Positions 1 through 7,916 of a stretch of 32,000 bases of DNA are shown piece after piece (positions within the stretch are counted from its first letter, which is position 1; the number at the start of each line of letters is the position of its first letter). The notes beneath the pieces were generated by a model. It had not been told where the DNA came from. It did not search any database and saw only the letters and a program-made list of their open reading frames with translations. The stretch spans positions 750,001 through 782,000 of the forward strand of contig CP149973.1 of NCBI GenBank assembly GCA_029269845.2, given 5' to 3'. A program made the position numbers and the translations under genes. Origin of the DNA: Opitutia bacterium KCR 482. Its GTDB lineage: Bacteria; Verrucomicrobiota; Verrucomicrobiia; Opitutales; Intestinicryptomonadaceae.

Positions 1-89
1 TCTTTCAGGACACGCCGCCGAATATCCGCAACGGCGTTGACTTGGACGTGCCGACCTACATGCGCAAGGGCATAAAAATAGTCCTCTAA
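1..89 (+). CDS. ftsZ: 3' end of a cell-division protein FtsZ-like gene (partial, enters from the left edge)
   Basis: The frame starting at base 3 reads FQDTPPNIRNGVDLDVPTYMRKGIKIVL*, with TAA at 87-89. DLDVPTYMRK resembles the conserved extreme C-terminal FtsZ peptide (D-I/L-P-x-F/Y-L/M-R-K). Only 28 codons are visible. Confidence 0.45.
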   Translation, partial: FQDTPPNIRNGVDLDVPTYMRKGIKIVL

Positions 90-140
90 CGCGGCAAAAA
101 TTCAGAACCGAACGCGGCGGCAAACCCCGCTTTCGGCTTC

Positions 141-170
141 CCCGCGGTGCGCGGGCGTTTGAAAATTTTT
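141..170 (+). terminator. Candidate intrinsic terminator after the ftsZ-like gene
   Basis: Stem cccgcg (141-146), loop gtg, stem cgcggg (150-155), followed by cgtttgaaaattttt. Confidence 0.45.
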
Positions 171-200
171 GCGCCGAAGCGTGAAATTTCAAAAGACACA

Positions 201-230
201 AGCCCCGCGATTCGGAAAAATCGCGGGGCT
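201..230 (-). terminator. Candidate terminator hairpin downstream of nagB
   Basis: An 11-bp stem, agccccgcgat / atcgcggggct, lies between convergent genes. The minus-strand trailing sequence tgtgtcttttg is only weakly T-rich. Confidence 0.4.
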
Positions 231-293
231 TGCCTGCTATTATACTATGAGTCGGCGCGGGGAGACGCGCCGCATTTATCTATCGAGGGAAAT

Positions 294-1076
294 TTACGCT
301 TCGGGAAACGGCTTGCGCTCGGCAACCCATTTGTAGTAGTCGCGCAGTTTCAGCTTCGACGCCGCGGCTTCGTCGAGAAACACCTTTGTGTTGGGGTGCA
401 TTTGCAAAACCGACGCGGGCACCATCGAAGTTATCGCGCCCTCCGCCATGGCGGCGACCGCCTCCGCCTTAGACTCTCCGAACGCGAGCATGACGATTGT
501 CTCCGCCTCCATGATAGTGCCTACGCCCATCGTCAAAACATGCCTCGGAACGGAGTCGGGATTGCCTCCGAAAAACCGCGCGTTGTCGCGCACGGTCTCG
601 CGCGTGAGCGTCTTCATGCGCGTGCGCGACGCAAGCGAAGACGACGGCTCGTTGAAGCCTATGTGGCCGTCGCCGCCGATTCCCAAAATTTGCAGTTCTA
701 TTCCGCCCGCGTTTTTAATCGCCCTTTCGTACGCGGCGCACGCAAAGACGGGGTTTTCCGCAGTGCCGTCGGGTATGTGGGTGTCGGCGGGGTCGATGTC
801 GATTTTGTCGAAAAAATTAGAGCGCATGTAGTAGGCGTAGGAGTTTTTGTCGTCCCGCCCAATTCCCACGTATTCGTCGAGGTTGAAGGAAACCGCCTTG
901 GAAAAACTAAGCTCGCCGCTTTCGTACTTTTTGACGAGGTTCGCGTAGAGTCCGAGCGGTGTTTCGCCCGTCGCCAAACCGAGCACGATGCGCGGATTCC
1001 TCTTGACCGCGTTTGCAACGAAATCCGCGGCGGCGTCTCCCGCCGCAAGCCTGTCGGGGTATATGTTTATTTCCAT
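294..1076 (-). CDS. nagB: Glucosamine-6-phosphate deaminase
   Basis: Translation from the ATG at 1076 reads MEINIYPDRLAAGDAAADFVANAV...LATGETPLGLY...FNLDEYVG...LGIGGDGHIGFNEP..., the canonical NagB/6-phosphogluconolactonase-fold motifs. The track ORF (294..1550) is over-extended by an R-rich N-terminus. Confidence 0.95.
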   Translation of the reverse strand: MEINIYPDRLAAGDAAADFVANAVKRNPRIVLGLATGETPLGLYANLVKKYESGELSFSKAVSFNLDEYVGIGRDDKNSYAYYMRSNFFDKIDIDPADTHIPDGTAENPVFACAAYERAIKNAGGIELQILGIGGDGHIGFNEPSSSLASRTRMKTLTRETVRDNARFFGGNPDSVPRHVLTMGVGTIMEAETIVMLAFGESKAEAVAAMAEGAITSMVPASVLQMHPNTKVFLDEAAASKLKLRDYYKWVAERKPFPEA

Positions 1077-1975
1077 AGCTGCTCCAAAAGTGTCGAGACC
1101 GATTCTTCCGCCGTGAGGATTTTCGAGGCAAACGCGGGCCTCCACGCCGCCCCGCGCCGCGCGAGCACGCGGTAGTTTTGCCCGAACGCGAACTTGGGGG
1201 CGTCGCCGCCCTGCCCTCCGACGATTTCCGCACCGCGGCGCACGTTGTCGGTAAAATACGAGACGAGGTTCAGGTGGTAGGGGTTGCGCTCGACCTCTTT
1301 TGTGTGGCACGAAAGCGCGCCCGTCATCGCCGCCAAAATTTCGGGCGAAACCTCCGAGAGCAGGTTCGGGTTCTCCATCGCCTGCCAGAGTTCGGTCTGA
1401 ATGTACACACCGCTCCACGACAGCGTTTTCAGCGCGTCGGAAACAAGCAGCGACGTTCCGATGTGCGACTTGTTCCAGTCGCGCGGGTGCGGCGCGAAGA
1501 CGACCGCGGGCTTTTTCCTTTCGATTAGCGCGGCGACTTTGCCGACGCATTCCGCCCAGTATTCAAGCTCGCCCGAACGCGTCTTTTTTGCAATGCGCTC
1601 GAAGCCGAAAACCGACATTCCCCAACCGAGGAAGTCGCAGGCGTCGGCAAGCTCCGCCTTGCGCGGTTTCTGCCGCGCCCTGTTCGAGCCGAGCGTTACA
1701 GCGGCGTCGATTACGTCGAAGCCGCATTCGGTCATGAAGCGAAGAGGCAGGGAGTTCATGCACTCGTCGTCGGGGTGCGGGGCGAAGATGAGGACGGTCG
1801 GTTTCAAGCCGATTTTCGAAAGTTTTGCGGCAAGGCGTTTGCGCTCGTCCAAGTCGGTCTTTACAAAGTCGGAGAGGCGTTTTCCGCCGAACGCCGCGGA
1901 TTTGCCCGTCTTGACGAGCTTTGCGGACTCGACGTTTTGGCGCACATTTTTAATAAACTCGAAATACGTTTTCAT
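1067..1975 (-). CDS. PIG-L / LmbE family N-acetylglucosaminyl deacetylase
   Basis: Has the VLIFAPHPDDECMN motif (AHPDDE signature) and a later FAPHPRDWNKSH. ATG at 1975. The 3' end overlaps the nagB start by 10 nt, which indicates an operon. Confidence 0.85.
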   Translation of the reverse strand: MKTYFEFIKNVRQNVESAKLVKTGKSAAFGGKRLSDFVKTDLDERKRLAAKLSKIGLKPTVLIFAPHPDDECMNSLPLRFMTECGFDVIDAAVTLGSNRARQKPRKAELADACDFLGWGMSVFGFERIAKKTRSGELEYWAECVGKVAALIERKKPAVVFAPHPRDWNKSHIGTSLLVSDALKTLSWSGVYIQTELWQAMENPNLLSEVSPEILAAMTGALSCHTKEVERNPYHLNLVSYFTDNVRRGAEIVGGQGGDAPKFAFGQNYRVLARRGAAWRPAFASKILTAEESVSTLLEQLWK

Positions 1976-2304
1976 TGTTCCGAAACATAGGCGCGAGCGT
2001 TTCGGTATTCAATTTAAAAAACCGCGCACTTGCGCGAATATCAAAATAGTTAAAAGTGCGGCGTTTTGTGTGCAAACAGCGCGCCGCATTTTACAATCGC
2101 CGCTTCGGCGGCGGAGAAATTCGGAGGCGGTCATTGCAATCTCAGCCGAATGCAAAAAAAAAGCGGCGGGCGAAAATCCGCCCCACTACGCGCCCGACAC
2201 GCGCAGGAAACAAGGCAACGTTTTGCATAAACAAAAAAACGCCCCAGCCCACGGGCGGAATGACAACACCCGCGCGGGATTTATGCGCGTGCTAGCATTT
2301 AAGC

Positions 2305-2333
2305 ACAAAAAAAGCCGCCCGATTGGGCGGCCT
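2305..2333 (-). terminator. Rho-independent terminator of the OMP gene
   Basis: gccgccc (2314-2320), loop gatt, gggcggc (2325-2331). The A7 run on the + side is a T-run after the hairpin on the minus strand. Confidence 0.7.
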
Positions 2334-2350
2334 TTTCAAAGTGTTTTAGA

Positions 2351-3136
2351 TTATCTGTTGAAACCGATTTTGAATTTCAGACCGATGATGTCACCGTGTC
2401 TGTAATTCACGTTAACAGGGTCGCCGTTGCCGTCTATGTATGTGTCGGTATAGCCGAAGTTGTGCGTCCAGAAAGCCGAGAAGCAGAACTGTTCCGTGAA
2501 CCAGTATGCGAGTTCCGCCGTTACGACTTGGTAGCACGCCTTGCCCGATTCCGCATTGCCCCTCCACTGCCATGTGGGAGTGAACGAGAGCTGGTCGAGA
2601 ATTACGAATTCGACGCCGCCGCCTACGCCGTAGATGAAGTAGTTGGAAGAGCCGTCAGTGCCCGTGGACTGGTCGGAGGAAACGTCGTTCCAAGCGTAGC
2701 CCGCATATGCGATACCGAAGGGCTTGATTGCTTTGAGAGCGGGAAGCTTTGTTTCGATGTTGAGATAGGGGGTGAGACCTACGCCAACGGAATATGTGTT
2801 AGAAGCGACGCCGCTGAGGTCGTCGTTAACCTTGAACTTGCCGGAATAGTCGTAATTAAAGAATGCGTTGGCGTCTACGCCAGCCCATTTAATGTCGCGG
2901 AAAGCGTTTACGCCGGGTTTGAATACGGGGGCATTGATGACGGCTTCGCCGTACCCGCCGGTGGGGTTGAGGGTATTGCCGTCAGCCTTGACTTTCGCCA
3001 TGTTTACGCCGCCGCCGAGGCTTACGTACATGCGCCCGAGGTTGCCGGTATTTTCGCTTTTCTTAGTCCACGCAAATGCGGAAGCAGCCGCAAGGATAAG
3101 GGATACAGAGATGAGGGTGAATTTTTTCATATTCAT
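2351..3136 (-). CDS. Outer-membrane beta-barrel protein (OmpA-N/OmpW/porin-like, unassigned family) with signal peptide
   Basis: From the ATG at 3136: MNMKKFTLISVSLILAAASAFA / WTKK..., a Sec signal with an AFA cleavage site. The rest shows alternating aromatic/Gly-rich beta-strand patterning (YAGYAWN, FIYGVGGGVEF, LAYWFTEQFCFSAFWTHNFGY). Confidence 0.7.
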   Translation of the reverse strand: MNMKKFTLISVSLILAAASAFAWTKKSENTGNLGRMYVSLGGGVNMAKVKADGNTLNPTGGYGEAVINAPVFKPGVNAFRDIKWAGVDANAFFNYDYSGKFKVNDDLSGVASNTYSVGVGLTPYLNIETKLPALKAIKPFGIAYAGYAWNDVSSDQSTGTDGSSNYFIYGVGGGVEFVILDQLSFTPTWQWRGNAESGKACYQVVTAELAYWFTEQFCFSAFWTHNFGYTDTYIDGNGDPVNVNYRHGDIIGLKFKIGFNR

Positions 3137-3276
3137 AAATTTGAAAGTTATCCTAATCGCGCTTTTGCAAATGTAAAGCTTTTTTAAAACAAAAATGAAT
3201 CCGCCGCGAGGCGGGCGTAAGTAAAGGCGGGACATCTACTTGACTTTTTGCGGGGAATGCCGATACTTTTCAAATT

Positions 3277-4431
3277 ATGAACTCTTTTATATTATACAAT
3301 CCCACCAAACTCGTTTTCGGAGTCGGCGAGACTTCGAAGCTGGCGCAGCTCGTTCCCGCAAAGGCGCGGGTGCTTCTCGTATACGGCGGCGGAAGCGTCA
3401 AGAAAAACGGCTCGTACGACCAGACGGTCGCGGCTCTCGGCAAGAGGAAAGTCGTGGAATTTTCGGGAATAGAGGCTAACCCCGAATACGAAACATGCCT
3501 TAAAGCGGTCGAAGTTGCGCGTAAAAACAGGCTCGACTTCGTGCTGGCTCTCGGCGGCGGAAGCGTGATAGACGCATGCAAATTCATCGCAGCCGCCGTG
3601 CCTTTCAAGGGCAAAAATCCGTGGAGCATTCTGACGTCGTACGGAAGCAACGTCAAAGAGGCGCTCCCGCTGGGAACGGTGCTCACAATCCCCGCGACAG
3701 GCTCGGAAATGAACCCGAACTCCGTCATCAGCCGCAGGGCGACCTCCGAAAAGCTCGCCTTTGCGAGCGACCTCGTATTCCCCGTGTTCTCGGTGCTCGA
3801 CCCCACTTTCACGCTCACCCTCCCCGACAGGCAGATTTCGAACGGCGTAGTAGACGCTTTCGTGCACGTCATGGAGCAGTACTGCACGCGCCCCTCCGAC
3901 GCCCCCATTCAGGACGGATTCTCCGAAACCATCCTGCGCACGCTCGTGGCGGAAGGCCCGAAAGCCCTCAAAAAGAAGGACGACATCGCAGTGCGGGCAA
4001 ACATCATGTTCTCGGCGACAATGGCGCTGAACAAGCTCATCTGCGTGGGCGTTCCCGAAGACTGGGCAACGCACCTTATCGGGCACGAAATCACCGCGCT
4101 TTACGGAATAGACCACGCGCAGTCGCTGGCGGTCGTCATGCCGAAGCTGCTCTCGTACAAGCGGGCGGCGAAGGGCGATAAAATCGTGCAGCTTGGCAGA
4201 AACGTGTTCGGAATTTCCGAAAAATCCAAAAAGGCGGCAATCGACAAAACGATTGAAGCGATTGTAAAATTCTTCAAGAAGATGAAAATCGGGACGGAAT
4301 TTGCCGACTACAAAATCGACGCAAACGCCGCCCCCGCAAAGGTCGCAGCGAACGTCGCAAAACACTTCACCGCGCTCGGCGAAAACGCCGACATCACGCC
4401 CGCCGACGTCGAAAAGCTACTGAAACTCTAA
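3277..4431 (+). CDS. yqhD: Iron-containing (group III) NADPH-dependent alcohol/aldehyde reductase, YqhD-like
   Basis: Collinear with my memory of E. coli YqhD along the full length: LLVYGGGSVKKNG, LALGGGSVIDACKFIAAA, LTIPATGSE, NGVVDAFVHVMEQY, DWATHLIGHEITALYGIDHAQSLAVV. Confidence 0.9.
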   Translation: MNSFILYNPTKLVFGVGETSKLAQLVPAKARVLLVYGGGSVKKNGSYDQTVAALGKRKVVEFSGIEANPEYETCLKAVEVARKNRLDFVLALGGGSVIDACKFIAAAVPFKGKNPWSILTSYGSNVKEALPLGTVLTIPATGSEMNPNSVISRRATSEKLAFASDLVFPVFSVLDPTFTLTLPDRQISNGVVDAFVHVMEQYCTRPSDAPIQDGFSETILRTLVAEGPKALKKKDDIAVRANIMFSATMALNKLICVGVPEDWATHLIGHEITALYGIDHAQSLAVVMPKLLSYKRAAKGDKIVQLGRNVFGISEKSKKAAIDKTIEAIVKFFKKMKIGTEFADYKIDANAAPAKVAANVAKHFTALGENADITPADVEKLLKL

Positions 4432-4457
4432 GCCCCCCAGACAGGCAAAAAACGCAA

Positions 4458-4491
4458 AACGCCCCGCGCCGAAAATGCGGGGCGTTTTTTG
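4458..4491 (+). terminator. Rho-independent terminator after the yqhD-like gene
   Basis: cgccccgc (4460-4467) pairs with gcggggcg (4477-4484), followed by T6. Confidence 0.8.
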
Positions 4492-4585
4492 TGTCCGCCC
4501 TCCACGCAAACGCCAAGCCGCATTGCGGCGACGCGTTCTGGACGGGCGCGTTTTGAAATGCCCCTGCCGCCGTACGAACGGGGCG

Positions 4586-4625
4586 CAAAAAAAATCGGGC
4601 GGCGCGTTCAATGTCTCCCGATTTT
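4586..4625 (-). terminator. Terminator hairpin downstream of the HdeD-like gene (A8/T5-flanked, possibly bidirectional)
   Basis: atcggg (4594-4599) pairs with cccgat (4617-4622). A8 precedes it on the + strand, which is T8 after the hairpin on the minus strand. Confidence 0.55.
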
Positions 4626-4662
4626 TGCAAAGCGCAATATTCTTTGCTTCGCCGAACGAATC

Positions 4663-5181
4663 CTATTGTTTTGATTCGCAGTGTTTGCAAATCGGGGTTT
4701 TGTTCGGACTTCCCATGAAGCCGAAAATCCCCCTGAACACGAGGTCGATTCCGACGAGCACGCCCAAGAACCACAGGGCGTCGGAAATGTTCGCGAGCAC
4801 AAGAACTCCCAGCACAAGGCTAATCACCGCATTGAACAGCGCGACCGCCGAATTTTGCGCCGCGCACCAGTACACCAGCATCAGCACGCCCTCGGCGAAG
4901 AACACCGCCCCCAGCGCGACCGCCACGGCGACTATTCCGAGCGAGGGGAACATCAGCATGCACGCGCCGCCTATTGCGTATATCGCCGCAAGCACAATGC
5001 AGAGAAGCCCGCGCCAAAATCCGCCCGACGACGGAATGCCCGCGAGCGCAAAGAACGCCCCGCACAGCATCGCAATCCCCACGATGATTTCGACCGAAAA
5101 CGAGCTTGCCAGCGGATAGCAAATGCACAACGCGCCCACTATTACATAAAGAACGTTCCATATTTTCGCCCGATTGCTCAT
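4663..5181 (-). CDS. HdeD/DUF308-family small multi-pass membrane protein
   Basis: MSNRAKIWNVLYVIVGALCICYPLASS... contains about 6 hydrophobic helices of the HdeD type. The ATG at 5181 forms an ATGA overlap with the SOD stop. An alternative ATG at 5202 would add MRKGGKI. Confidence 0.7.
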   Translation of the reverse strand: MSNRAKIWNVLYVIVGALCICYPLASSFSVEIIVGIAMLCGAFFALAGIPSSGGFWRGLLCIVLAAIYAIGGACMLMFPSLGIVAVAVALGAVFFAEGVLMLVYWCAAQNSAVALFNAVISLVLGVLVLANISDALWFLGVLVGIDLVFRGIFGFMGSPNKTPICKHCESKQ

Positions 5182-5933
5182 GATTTTACCACCTTTCCGC
5201 ATTTGGAGATTTTGTCGAAACGCTCGCTCACGCGCTTCCAGTTAATCAAATTCCAGAGGGCTTCAACATAGTCGGCGCGGCGGTTGCGGTATTTAATATA
5301 GTAGGCATGCTCCCAGACGTCGAAGCAGAGAATGGGCTTCATGCCGCACGGCGCGACGTCCTTGCCCATGACGGGCGAATCCTGATTCGCCGTCGCGCAG
5401 ATTTTGAGCTTGCCGTCGGGAAGCACACCGAGCCACGCCCAGCCGCTGCCGAACTGCCCCATCGCCGCCGCCGTCATCGTCTTCCGGAAATTCTCGAAAG
5501 ACCCGAACGAATCCTTAATTGCGCATAAAAGCTCGTCCGACGGGTGGGTCTTCTGCGGAGACAGCCCGCGCCAGTAAAATTCGTGGTTCGCGACTCCCCC
5601 GCCGTTGTTGCGCACCGCCGCACGAATGGACACGGGAACGGCGTCGAGGTTTGAAATCAGCTCGCAGACCGAACCGTCGAACTTAAACGAAGGCTCCGAC
5701 GCGAGCGCGGCGTTGAGCTTTTCGACGTACGCCGCCTGATGCTTTCCGTGGTGGAGCGCGACGGTTTCGGCGTCAATCCACGGTTCGAGGGCGTTTTCCG
5801 GATATTCCAGAGGGGTAAGGGTATATTTCATTGTCTTGTCTTCATTTTGATTGTTTTCCGCCCCGAACGACACAAACGCGAAAATCACTGACGCGAACGC
5901 TATCGACGGATATTTTGCAAACGGAAGTTTCAT
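5178..5933 (-). CDS. sodA: Fe/Mn-family superoxide dismutase (Mn-type residue pattern) with a predicted N-terminal signal peptide
   Basis: Has LHHGKHQAAYV, NNGGGVANHEFYW, ATANQDSP and FDVWEHAYYIKY. A 34-codon in-frame extension, MKLPFAKYPSIAFASVIFAFVSFGAENNQNEDKT, precedes the canonical MKYTLTPLEY start. Confidence 0.9.
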   Translation of the reverse strand: MKLPFAKYPSIAFASVIFAFVSFGAENNQNEDKTMKYTLTPLEYPENALEPWIDAETVALHHGKHQAAYVEKLNAALASEPSFKFDGSVCELISNLDAVPVSIRAAVRNNGGGVANHEFYWRGLSPQKTHPSDELLCAIKDSFGSFENFRKTMTAAAMGQFGSGWAWLGVLPDGKLKICATANQDSPVMGKDVAPCGMKPILCFDVWEHAYYIKYRNRRADYVEALWNLINWKRVSERFDKISKCGKVVKS

Positions 5934-6076
5934 GCAAAATATATCGGACGCATTGCGGAAAAATAAAGCCCCCCTCCCTCCGCAGGCGCATTCCGCCCTC
6001 CGACGCGCCGCCGCGTTAAAAAGTGCTTGCTAAGGGAGCGGAAATTTAAGATTGTGGAAAGTATTAGCGTATACAG

Positions 6077-7876
6077 ATGGAAAATTTGGAAAACATCAGA
6101 AACTTTTGCATTATCGCGCACGTCGACCACGGCAAGACAACGCTCTCCGACCGTCTGCTCGAAAGGACGGGCACTATCCAGAAACGCGAAATGCAGGACC
6201 AAATGCTCGACTCCATGGACTTGGAGCGCGAACGCGGCATCACAATCAAATGCCACCCCGTTACGATGGAATACGTCCGCGACGGCAAAAAATACCTTTT
6301 AAACCTCATCGACACCCCCGGACACGTAGACTTCTCCTACGAAGTTTCGCGCTCGCTCGCCGCGTGCGAGGGCGCGATTCTGCTCATCGACGCCGCGCAG
6401 GGGGTCGAGGCGCAGACGGTGGCGAACGCCCACTTGGCGGTTGCGCAGAACCTCGAAATTATCCCCGTAATCAACAAGGTCGATTTGCCAAGCGCGCAGC
6501 CAGACCTCTGCAAAAAACAGGTCGAGGACATTCTGGCGATTCCCGCCGAAGACGCAATTTTGGCGAGCGGCAAATCGGGCATAGGCATAGACGAAATTCT
6601 CGACGCCGTTATCGACCGCGTTCCCCCTCCCCGCCTTGCCGACTATCCCGCCGTCCGCGCCCTCATTTTCGACTGCATTTTCGACGCCTACAAGGGCGTA
6701 ATCTGCTACGTCCGCGTGTTCTCCGGCTCGATTAAACCCGGCGACGAAATAGTTTTCATGAGCAACGGACGCCGCACGACCGTCAAGGAAGTCGGCCGCT
6801 TCACGCCGTCGATGACCTCCGAACCCACGCTCGACGCGGGCTGCACGGGCTACATCGTGGGGAACATCAAGGAGGTTGCGCACATCAGAATCGGCGACAC
6901 TATCACGTCGGCGGCGAACCCCGCCGAGCAAATGCTCCACGGCTACAAAGAGGTGAAGCCGATGGTGTTTTCGGGCATATACCCCGTGGACACGTCGGAA
7001 TACGAAAAACTGAAAGTTTCAATAGCAAAACTGCAACTGAACGACTCCGCGCTCGTGTATCAGGCGGAGACTTCCGTCGCGCTCGGCTTCGGCTTCCGCT
7101 GCGGATTCCTCGGGCTGCTCCACATGGAAATAGTCCAGGAACGCCTGCGCAGGGAGTACGACCTCGACATCATCTCGACCTACCCGAGCGTGGTCTATAA
7201 AATCGACCTGCAAGACGGCACGCAAATCGAAATCGACAACCCCTGCCGCTTGCCCGACCCCACCACAATCAAGGCGATTTACGAGCCGATGATTGTGGCA
7301 AACATCATGATTCCCACGGAATCCATCGGAGACATGCTCGCGCTCGTCTCGGAAAAGCGCGGCTTCTGCCAAAAGACGGAGCTTATAGACGACACCCGCG
7401 TAATGCTCGTGTGCTCGATGCCGCTCAACGAAATCCTCATCGACTTCAACGACAGGCTCAAAAGCATAACGCGCGGATACGGCAGCCTCGACTACGAAAT
7501 GGACGGCTATGTCGAATCGAAACTCGTGCGGCTCGACATTCTCGTAAACGGCGAGCAGATAGACGCGTTCTCGTCAATCGTGCATGTCGAAAAGTCGGAG
7601 CAGAAGGGGCGCGCGCTCTGCGCAAAGCTCAAAGACATTCTGCCCAGACAGATGTTCAAGGTCGCCATTCAGGCGGCAATCGGCGGAAAAATCATAGCGA
7701 GGGAAACGATAGGCTCGTTCCGCAAGGACGTTACCGCAAAATGCTACGGCGGCGACATCACCCGAAAGAAAAAACTGCTCGAAAAACAGAAAGAGGGCAA
7801 AAAACGCATGAAGCAAATCGGCAAAGTGTCGATTCCGCAGGAGGCGTTCGTGAACGTGCTGAAATCAAACGCGTAG
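6077..7876 (+). CDS. lepA: Translation elongation factor 4 (LepA)
   Basis: NIRNFCIIAHVDHGKTTLSDRLL, LNLIDTPGHVDFSYEV, VINKVDLP, and C-terminal ...CYGGDITRKKKLLEKQKEGKKRMK. Confidence 0.97.
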   Translation: MENLENIRNFCIIAHVDHGKTTLSDRLLERTGTIQKREMQDQMLDSMDLERERGITIKCHPVTMEYVRDGKKYLLNLIDTPGHVDFSYEVSRSLAACEGAILLIDAAQGVEAQTVANAHLAVAQNLEIIPVINKVDLPSAQPDLCKKQVEDILAIPAEDAILASGKSGIGIDEILDAVIDRVPPPRLADYPAVRALIFDCIFDAYKGVICYVRVFSGSIKPGDEIVFMSNGRRTTVKEVGRFTPSMTSEPTLDAGCTGYIVGNIKEVAHIRIGDTITSAANPAEQMLHGYKEVKPMVFSGIYPVDTSEYEKLKVSIAKLQLNDSALVYQAETSVALGFGFRCGFLGLLHMEIVQERLRREYDLDIISTYPSVVYKIDLQDGTQIEIDNPCRLPDPTTIKAIYEPMIVANIMIPTESIGDMLALVSEKRGFCQKTELIDDTRVMLVCSMPLNEILIDFNDRLKSITRGYGSLDYEMDGYVESKLVRLDILVNGEQIDAFSSIVHVEKSEQKGRALCAKLKDILPRQMFKVAIQAAIGGKIIARETIGSFRKDVTAKCYGGDITRKKKLLEKQKEGKKRMKQIGKVSIPQEAFVNVLKSNA

Positions 7877-7916
7877 CCGCGGAAAAAAAGCGCGGGCGGT
7901 GAAAGGAAAACGCAAA

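Noticed and set aside
1077-1550. N-terminal extensions of track ORFs (nagB to 1550, lnt from 12283, M3 peptidase to 16755, reductase from 16343, coaC from 19854, udg from 20333, OMP to 3235, ECF sigma from 27858)
   Set aside because: The extensions are R-rich or overlap the upstream gene. In each case an internal ATG coincides with the start of family homology, and often with a tight junction or overlap to the preceding gene.
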